From Macrostomum lignano (taxonomy: Eukaryota), in the NCBI GenBank assembly GCA_002269645.1, contig NIVC01001785.1, positions 173,763 through 237,762 on the forward strand: DNA of 64,000 bases, given 5' to 3'. The position numbers were made by a program, and so were the translations under genes. Positions within the stretch are counted from its first letter, which is position 1. Every line of letters starts with the position of its first letter. Shown piece after piece: positions 41,957-50,996 of this stretch. The notes beneath the pieces were generated by a model that had not been told where the DNA came from, did not search any database, and saw nothing but the letters and a program-made list of their open reading frames with translations.

Positions 41957-43375
41957 ATGAAAACTTTTAAAAGTTGTCATAGAGACCTCTATGAGGTCTG
42001 TATAAGCTGCGAAGTGTGCCTGCTTGGAGGCGTGTCCCCAAGACACCACGAGAATGAGAACTGTCTGGTCTCATGCTGGTTGGCATGCGACCAGTGCGGC
42101 ACCGTCGAAGCTCTGCAGGAGGGAAAAATTCCAGCATATCATCGAGGACACAAGATCGTCAGCGATGACAAGAAAAAGCAAGAAAGTAACCGCTGGAAAG
42201 TAATCCGCGCCATCAAAAAGAGCAACGAGAGAGAAAAGAAGAGCCAGCAGAAAAAGGGAGCCAGCAGGAGTCTGCTATCAGCTCACTTGAGTCAAGTAAT
42301 TGACTCTACATTGAAGAGGATGAGGCCAAGCGGGTCTTCAGCAGCTGCAGAATTTGAAGTTGAGCTGTCTGCTGGAGTCGAGGCTGCTGGAGTCGAGGCT
42401 GCTGGAGTCGAGGCCGCTGGAGTCGAGGCTGCTGGAGTCGAGGCTGCTGGAGTCGAGGCTGCTGGAGTCGAGGCCGCTGGAGTCGAGGCTGCTGGAGTCG
42501 AGGCTGCTGGAGTCGAGGCTGCTGCTGTCATAAACTTCATAGAGGAAGATGTCCTGGATCAGTTCCTCAGGGAATTCAACGCTGGTCAGCAGCAGCAGCA
42601 GCAGCAACCTGTCTCTTCGGTTCCGGTGATTGCTGGAAAACAACTTCATCTAATTGAAGACGACCACGAAATGGAAATCCTAGAAGAGGAGGGCAGCGAC
42701 AATGAGTCGCATAATGCAATTGTGCCACCTGCAGCTCCAGCCGCCCCAGCTGCTCTGGCCGCCCCAGCTGCTCTGGCCGCCCCAGCTGCTCTGGCCGCCC
42801 CAGCTGCTCTGGCCGCCCCAGCTGCTCTGGCCGCCCCAGCTGCTCCAGCCGCCCCAGCTGCTCTGGCCGCCCCAGCTGCTCCAGCCGCCCCAGCTGCTCT
42901 GGCCGCCCCAGCTGCTCTGGCCGCCCCAGCTGCTCTGTCCGCCCCAGCTGCTCTGTCCGCCCCAGCTGCTCTGGCCGCCCCAGCTGCTCTGGCCGCCCCA
43001 GCTGCTCTGGCCGCCCCAGCTGCTCCAGCCGCCCCAGCTGCTCTGGCCGCCCCAGCTGCTCTGGCCGCCCCAGCTGCTCTGGCCGCCCCAGCTGCTCTGG
43101 CCGCCCCAGCTGCTCTGGCTGCCCCAGCTGCTCCAGCCGCCCCAGCTGCTCTGGCCGCCCCAGCTGCTCCAGCCGCCCCAGCTGCTCCAGCCGCCCCAGC
43201 TGCTCTGGCTGCCCCAGCTGCTCCAGCCGCCCCAGCTGCAGCCTCTACAATTCCAGCTTCTCAATCCGAAACTCCACCCGTGCCAGCTGGAGTTGCCTTC
43301 TTTCTGCCTCCTGTCGGCGGGGCTGGGTACGAGGTAACGATTTTCGAAAATCGTATTAGAATTGTGCCGCTGTGA
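41957..43375 (+). CDS. Polinton left-end ORF: Cys/His-rich N-terminus, basic, acidic, polyQ and Pro/Ala repeat regions (candidate transactivator)
   Basis: 472 aa, intact; CxxC pairs (CISCEVC, CWLACDQC); AAGVE x~11 (15-bp repeat); FIEEDVLDQFLREF; Q7; AAPAAL-type repeats (18 bp). Confidence 0.75.
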   Translation: MKTFKSCHRDLYEVCISCEVCLLGGVSPRHHENENCLVSCWLACDQCGTVEALQEGKIPAYHRGHKIVSDDKKKQESNRWKVIRAIKKSNEREKKSQQKKGASRSLLSAHLSQVIDSTLKRMRPSGSSAAAEFEVELSAGVEAAGVEAAGVEAAGVEAAGVEAAGVEAAGVEAAGVEAAGVEAAGVEAAAVINFIEEDVLDQFLREFNAGQQQQQQQPVSSVPVIAGKQLHLIEDDHEMEILEEEGSDNESHNAIVPPAAPAAPAALAAPAALAAPAALAAPAALAAPAALAAPAAPAAPAALAAPAAPAAPAALAAPAALAAPAALSAPAALSAPAALAAPAALAAPAALAAPAAPAAPAALAAPAALAAPAALAAPAALAAPAALAAPAAPAAPAALAAPAAPAAPAAPAAPAALAAPAAPAAPAAASTIPASQSETPPVPAGVAFFLPPVGGAGYEVTIFENRIRIVPL

Positions 43376-44036
43376 CTAAGCAATTTTTGTACTTTTTTGC
43401 TTTCTGTGTGGAGTGAGAAATCTACCCATTTATTGCAATCATATATACTAAAAATGAAATGTCTGTAACTATCTAGCTATGCGATAGATTTCAGAAAAAG
43501 TGGCTCAACCGATTTTCTTCAAACTTGCACCATTTGATCAGAAATTTTCCTGGGACTGTACATGCATCTTGGCTAAGAAATTGCTTAATTTTAAAGGGAT
43601 TAAATATTCGAAAAACATGCTTTTTTGCAAAGGTCAAGCAGCTCTTTCGACCTGAAATGAATTGTAAAAATGCGAAAGAAAAAACTGACTGACTGAATTT
43701 CAATTGTGATAAAGATTGCATCACAACAAGATGAAAACAGTGTCGAAAAAATGCACACAAGACTTGATTGTAATTGCGTAACCATATTGCTAACTTGAAT
43801 TGAGACTGATACTGGCTGACTGAGAAATTGATTATGTCATAACTTTTTACTCTAACTGACTTGCTATAAGAATTGAATTATAAGGGCCACAATACATGTT
43901 CTCCAATTGAAAAGAGATAGCCAAGATGGGAACAGACTGGACTGCTAATGTAGCGACCTGGGTTCGAATCTTAGTAGTGCAAAAACATTTTTTTATTAAA
44001 ACACTTTAAAACACAAAATGCTAAACATAAAAGAAG

Positions 44037-45830
44037 CGCAATGTCAAATATAAAAGAGCCACCATGCCAAACAAAAAAAAGTGCCACCATGTAGAACACA
44101 GAAGAGACACCATGTCAAACATAAAAGAGCCACCATTTCAAACATAAAAGAGCCACCATGTGAAACATATACGTGACTCAATGTCAAACATTAAAGAGCC
44201 ACCATGTCAAACATTAAAGAGCCACCATGTCGAACATAACAGAGACAACATTTCAAACATAAAAGAGCCATCATGTCAAACATAAAAGAGCCACCATGTC
44301 GAACATTAAAGAGCCACTATGTCAAACATAACAGAGACAACATTTCAAACATAAAAGAGCCATCATGTCAAACATTAAAGAGCCACCATGTCGAACATTA
44401 AAGAGCCACCATGTTGAACATTGAAGAGCCACCATGTCAAACATTAAAGAGCCACCAAGTAAAATATAAAAGAGCTACCATGTCAAACATAAAAGAGCCA
44501 CCATGTCGAACATAACAGAGACAACATTTCAAACATTTAAGAGCCACCATGTCAAACATAAAAGAGCCACCATGTCGAGCATAAAAGAGCCACCATGTCA
44601 AACATAAAAGAGCCACCATGTCAAACATTAAAGAGCCACCATGTCAAACATTCAAGAGAAACCATGTCGAACATAACAGAGACAACATTTCAAACATTTA
44701 AGAGCCACCATGTCAAACATAAAAGAGCCACCATGTCGAGCATAAAATAGCCACCATGTTGAACATTAAAGAGCCACCATGTCAAACATTAAAGAGCCAC
44801 CATGTCGAGCATAAAAGAGCCACCATGTCGAACATAAAAGAGCCACCATGTCAAACATTAAAGAGCCACCATGTCAAACATTCAAGAGACACCATGTCGA
44901 ACATAACAGAGACAACATTTCAAACATTTAAGAGCCACCATGTCAAACATAAAAGATCTACCATGTCAAACATAAAAGAGCCATCATGTCAAACATAAAA
45001 GAGCCACCATGTCGAACATTAAAGAGCCACCATGTTCAACATTAAGGAGCCACCATGTCAAACATAAAAGAGCCACCATGTCAAACATTAAAGAGCCACC
45101 ATGTCAAACATTAAAGAGCCACCATGTCAAACATTCAAGATCAGCCATGTCGAACATAAAAGAGCCACCATGTAAAATATAAAAGAGCTACCATGTCAAA
45201 CATAAAAGAGCCATCATGTCAAACATAAAAGAGCCATCATGTGAAACATATACGTGACTCAATGTCAAACATTAAAGAGCCACCATGTCAAACATATACG
45301 TGACTCCATGTCAAACATTAAAGAGCCACCATGTCAAACATATATGACTCCATGTCAAACATATATGACTCCATGTCAAACATATATGACTCCATGTCAA
45401 ACATTAAAAATAAAAAAGACACCATGTCACACATAAGGGAGCCACCATATCAAACATAAAAGAGCTACCATGTCAAAACATTATTGAGCCATTATGCCCA
45501 ATATAAAAAGACACAATTTCAAATGTAAAAGGGCCGCCATGTCAAACATAGAAGAGCCACCATGTCAAACATAGAAGAGCCACCATGTCAAACAACTAAG
45601 CCACCATGTCAAACATAACAGAGACACCATTTCAAACGTAAAAGGGCCGCCATGGCAAACATAGAAGAGCCACCATGTCAAACATTAAAGAGCTACCATG
45701 TCAAACACAAAAGGGCCACCACGTCCAACATTAAAGAGCTATCATGTCAAACACAAAAGAGCTACCATGTCAAACATTAAAAAGCCACTTTTTTAAACAA
45801 AAAAGAGACACCATTTCAAACATAAAAGAA
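44037..45830. repeat. 23-bp satellite in Helitron 1 (~75 copies)
   Basis: AAGAGCCACCATGTCAAACAT(T/A)A units. Confidence 0.93.
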
Positions 45831-45899
45831 GTGTCATGCCAAACAAAATGAAACCATTATAAAGCTAAGGAAATTGTTGCACTAGCTACTTGTTCTCTG

Positions 45900-46700
45900 G
45901 TGGATGCTTGCTATTTAAGGATGGATACTTGCTATCAGGGGGATGCTTGCTCTTGGGGGTGGAGAGTACTTGCTATCTGAGAGGGGGTTGCTAGATATCT
46001 ATAAGGTATCTTTGTATCCAGGTTATGCTTGCTATCAGGGGTTGCTTGCTGTCTGGGGATGCTTGCTATCTGGGGGGGGGATGCTTGCTATCTAGGGATG
46101 CTTGCTATCTGCGGGATGCTTGCTATCTGGGGGATGCTTGCTATCTGCGGGATGCTTGCTATCTGGGGGACGCTTGCTATCTGGGGTCTGGGGAATGCTT
46201 GCTATCTGGGGATGCTTGCGATCTGGGGGATGCTTGCTATCTGAGGAATGCTTGCTATCTGGGGGATGCTTGCTATCTGCGGGATGCTTGCTATCTGGGG
46301 ATGCTTGCTATCTGGGGTCTGGGGAATGCTTGCTATCGGGGGATGCTTGCAGTCTGGGGGATGCTTGCTATCTGGGGATGCTTGCCATCTGGGGGACGCT
46401 TGCTATCTGGGGTCTGGGGGAATGCTTGCTATCTGGGGATGCTTGCGATCTGGGGGATGCTTGCTATCTGAGGAATGCTTGCTATCTGGGGGATGCTTGC
46501 TATCTGCGGGATGCTTGCTATCTGGGGGATGCTTGCTATCTGGGGTCTGGGGGAATGCTTGCTATCGGGGGATGCTTGCAGTCTGGGGGATGCTTGCTAT
46601 CTGGGGATGCTTGCTATCTGGGGGATGCTTGCAGTCTGGGGGATGCTTGCTATTTGGGGATCAATGCTTGAATGTTGTCTGAGGATGCTTGCTGTCTTGG
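45900..46700. repeat. 18-20-bp satellite in Helitron 1
   Basis: GATGCTTGCTATCTGGGG units. Confidence 0.92.
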
Positions 46701-47501
46701 GATGTTTTGTTTTTAAGAGGGAATGTCTGTTGTTTTTTCTGAAGGCTTTATTTCGCTGTCTATTTGTTATTTGTAAAAAACAAGGATTCTATCCAGATGT
46801 CCCCCATCGGGGGCAAAGATTGCTAGTCCTATATACTAAAAATGAGTTGTCTGTGGGTATGCGATAGATTTCAGAAAAATTGGCTCAACCGATTTTCTTC
46901 AAACTTGCACCATTCGATCAGAAATTTTCCTGGGACGGTACATGCATCTTGGCTAAGAAATTGCTCAATGTTAAAGGGATTAAATATTCGAAAAACATGC
47001 TTTTTTGCAAAGGTCAAGCAGCTCTTTCGACCTGAAATGCATTGTAAGAATGCTAGAGAAAAAACTGACTGACTGAATTCCGATTGTGATAAAGATTGCA
47101 TCACAACAAGTTGAAAACAGTACCGAAGAAATGCACACACAACTTGATTTAAATTGCGTAACCATATTGCTAACTTAAATTGAGACTGATACTGGCTGAC
47201 TGAGAAATTGATTATGTCATAACTTTTTACTCCAATTGACTTGCTGAAAGAATTGAATTATAAGGGCCACAATTCATGTTCTCCAATTGAAAAGAGATAG
47301 CCCTGATGCGAACAGACTGGAATGCTAATGTAGCGACCTGGGTTCGAAGCTTAGTAGTGCAAAAAGATTTTTTTTATTAAAACACCTTAAAAACACAACA
47401 AAACTGCTAAACATCAAAGAAGCGCAATGTCAAACATAGAAGAGCCAACATATCGAACATAAAAGAGTTACCATGTCAAACATAAAAGAGCTACCATGTC
47501 G

Positions 47502-48093
47502 CCATATAGGAAAAAGTTGTAAAACCGCGGACGGTGTCCGGCGCACTTTTGAAATTTTTCTAAAGCGCAGCGCGCGCATAGGCGCAGCGCCTGCGCGCGC
47601 TGCCCTTTCTTACTGGCTGCTGCTCTAGCAAATACATATACATGGAAATGGGTATAATACCTCTGTTGAAGGGGCTTATACACTCGTAATTTATTAAGCT
47701 TAGAGATGTTCCGAAAATTCAATTTCAATTTTCCAAAATTTGAAATTTTTTAGAGCAAATTTCAATTTCGAAATAAAATTTAGAAGTGAAAATTTTGGTA
47801 GTGTCTAAAAAGTCGCTAAAAATAAACTACTTTCTACTACATAAACATGTATTACTTTTTGCTTAAGCAGTAAATTGAAAGTAAAAAAGTGAGTGTTGAT
47901 CATACTAAACTTTGTTTTTCTGAATTATGATTTCGGGAAATTTTAATTTTGATTTTGGAAAGTTAGCGAATTTTGATTTCGACGAAACTGCAGATCTTTC
48001 GGAACATCTCTAATAATCCTAAAGCGCGGTAAAATAGTTTGACTCTTTTCCAAAGCGCGCATCCGCGGGTTTTTAACATTTATTCCAATAGGG
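47502..48093. mobile_element. 592-bp MITE with 8-bp TSD
   Basis: TSD CCATGTCG at 47494-47501 and 48094-48101; ~30-bp imperfect TIRs ending in CCGCGGA; removing it restores a satellite monomer. Confidence 0.7.
47701..48012. mobile_element. 312-bp hAT-like MITE nested in the 592-bp MITE
   Basis: Perfect 16-bp TIR TAGAGATGTTCCGAAA / TTTCGGAACATCTCTA; the flanking 8-mers match at only 5/8. Confidence 0.6.
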
Positions 48094-49169
48094 CCATGTC
48101 GAACATTAAAGAGCCACCATGTCGAACATTAAAGAGCCACCATGCCAAACATAAAAGAGCCACCATGTCAAACATAAAGAGCCACCATGTCAAACATTTA
48201 GGAGCCACCATGTTAAACATATATGTGACTTTATGTCAAATATTAAAGAGCCACCATGTGAAACATTAAAGAGCCACCATGTCAAACATTTAAGAGCCAC
48301 CATGTCAAACCTAAAAGAGCCACCATGTCTAACAGTAAAGAGCCAGCATGTCGAACATTAAAGGGCCACCATGTAGAACATTAAAGAGCCACCATGTCAA
48401 ACAATTAAAAGCCAGCATGTCAAACATAAAAGAACCACTTTGTTGAACACTAAAGAGCCACCATGTCAAACATAAAAGAGACAACATGTCAGACATTAAA
48501 AAGCCACTGTATCAAACATAAAAGAGTTACCATGTAGAACATTAAAGAGCCACCATGTCGAAAATTAAAGAGCCACTATGTAGAATATTAAAGAGCCACC
48601 ATGAAGAACATTAAAGAGCCACCATGTCAAACATTTAGAAGCCACCATGTCAAAGATTTAAGAGCCACCATGTCAAACATTTAAGAGCCACCATGTCAAA
48701 CATAAAAGAGCCACCATGTTAAACATTAAAAAGCCACCATGTCAAACATAGAAGAGCCACCATGTCAGATATTAAAAAGAGCCACCATGTCGAACATAAA
48801 AGAGCCACCATGTCGAACATTAAAGAGCCACCATGTCAAACATATATGTGACTTTATGTCAAACATTAAAGAGCCACCATTTCAAACATTAAAGAGCCAC
48901 CATGTCGAACATTAAAGAGCCACCATGTCAAACATTAAAGAGCCACCATGTAAAACATTAAAGAGCCACCATGTCTAACAGTAAAGAGCCACCATGTCGT
49001 ACATTAAAGAGCCACCATATTGAACATTAAAGAGCCAGCATGTCGAACATTAAAGAGCCACCAAGTCAAACATAGGAGACACAATTTCAAACGTAAAAAG
49101 AAGCGTCATGCCAATCACAAAGGAGCCATTATAAAGCTAAGGAAATTGTTGCACTTGCTACTTATTGTC

Positions 49170-49405
49170 CGGTGGATGCTTGCTATTTAGTATAGGATCA
49201 ATACTTGCTATCAATTGGTTGCTTGCTATCTGGGGTGCTTGCTATCTGGGGGTGCTTGCTATCTGGGGGTGCTTGCTATCTGGGGGTGCTTGCTATCTGG
49301 GGGTGCTTGCTATCTGGTGGTGCTTGCTATCTGGAGGTGCTTGCTATCTGGTGGTGCTTGCTATCTGGAGGTGCTTGCTATCTAGGGGGATGCTTGCTGT
49401 CTTAG
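49170..49405. repeat. 19-bp satellite in Helitron 2
   Basis: GGTGCTTGCTATCTGG(G/A/T)G units. Confidence 0.9.
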
Positions 49406-50367
49406 GATGTTTTCTTTTTGCATTGCACTTCATCTGAGCAGTTTTTCTATTGACTATGTGAAGGCTTTGTTTGGCCATCTTATTGATACTTGTAGAGAAC
49501 AGAGATTCTATCTAGATGTCCCCCATCGGGGGGCGAAGATTGCTAGTTATTGCTAAAACTTTATTTCAACTAGCTTTTTAAAGTTGAAAGTAGGTACATT
49601 AATTAATGATTTGATCATCTCATAACTCTGTATTCGCTTCTAGGAATCTTGCTTATAAGTTTTCAGTTTTCATTTCCAAATTAGTTTTAAAAAAAGCTCG
49701 TAGCTCGTAGTGGCAACCAATATTTTTTTGGTATCCGAGGTAAAAAAAAATTATTTGAAAAGTAGGTGAAACATTATACAGTTGAATTTAACAAATTAAA
49801 ATCAACATAACATACTTTCAATAAATTGGTGATGGTTTCGTATGCTTGGTGCGATTGATTAGGTATAATTTTCTTTCTACTGCTTTGATGCGGTGTTTCC
49901 TCATTCTTTAATTATTGAACTTTTCAGCTATATTTCTGCTTCTAAACTCTCGTCTGTATTTGTAATTCATTGTTCCATGCATTGTTTATTGACTATGATT
50001 GCACCATGTGAATTCGATATTTTTTTAAAAAATATATATATAATGTCAGCATTTTTCCACTCGGTGATTGGTTTGTTAATTAACTATTGGCTTCATTTTG
50101 CATTTTTTACCGATTGAGTCTGCGTAGGAGGCAAATAGAAACGAACTTTTACGAATAGGGATCAATAGAATATGCATGCAGAGAGCTAGCTTAAGGGAGA
50201 ACCAAAAAAATATAACCAGCATCTACTAGCTTGTAAGTGTGGATATTGTACCAGTATTGCAGCAATAAAGACTTACGAAAAAAGATTTCAAATATTCACT
50301 CCCAGTTGCTTATGACACTCAGTTGCAGCCAGTAAACACTGTCAGCTTTTAACTGCTTGCCTTTTCT

Positions 50368-50764
50368 ATGGTTGAGCACTCCTGGATGGAGCAGGAGAAT
50401 GACCACTCATGGATGGAGAATGACCACTCATGGATGGAGAATGACCACTCATGGATGGAGAATGACCACTCATGGATGGAGAATGGCCACTCGTGGATGG
50501 AGGATGACCACTCGTGGATCGAGTATGACCACCCTTGGGTGGACCATGACGTCAGCAGCGAGTCAGCAGCCAGCAGCGAGTCGGCAGCCAGCAGCGAGTC
50601 GGCAGCCAGCAGCGAGTCGGCAGCCAGCAGCGAGTCAGCAGCCAGCAGCGAGTCAGCAGCCAGCAGCGAGTCAGCAGCCAGCAGCGAGTCAGCAGCCAGC
50701 AGCGAGTCAGCAGCCAGCAGCGAGTCAGCAGCCAACAGCGAGTCGGTGACTGATGCACACCAAG
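50368..50764 (+). CDS. Probable first exon of pPolB (MENDHSW x~7, SSESAA x~10 repeats)
   Basis: The ORF reaches a perfect donor CAAG|GTAAGT; splicing to AG 50996 or 51005 is in frame with polB. Confidence 0.6.
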
Positions 50765-50996
50765 GTAAGTGCCTTTATTTATCCTTTTCAACTTACTTAA
50801 AAATTTTCTTATCAATGCGATGTATATTATGCAGTCTAAAATTTTAGTCCAAAGAATGGGAGAAGGGGAGATAAAAGACTTTATACCGGTAGGGTTGTAC
50901 ATGTATGCTTGGGTACAGACGTTTAGTTTAGTATCTTTGATATTTGAAACTATAGGCAGCAAAAAACAAAAATATTATCCTAAAACCACAAACCAG

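Larger units (their letters stand above)
43439..46826 (+). mobile_element. Non-autonomous Helitron copy 1 inserted in the Polinton
   Basis: 5' TCATATATACTAAAA; 3' hairpin CCCCC-ATC-GGGGG followed by CTAG; inserted after an A. Confidence 0.88.
47420..49090. repeat. 23-bp satellite in Helitron 2, interrupted by a MITE
   Basis: Same monomer as 44037-45830. Confidence 0.9.
46827..49546 (+). mobile_element. Non-autonomous Helitron copy 2, head-to-tail with copy 1
   Basis: 5' TCCTATATACTAAAA directly after the CTAG of copy 1; ~600-bp 5' region homologous to copy 1; same 3' hairpin + CTAG, followed by T. Confidence 0.88.

Noticed and set aside
43430-49553. 7-bp TSD (TTATTGC) around the Helitron pair
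   Set aside because: Two extra bases separate the left copy from the element. Helitrons make no TSD, and the match is plausible by chance in AT-rich DNA.
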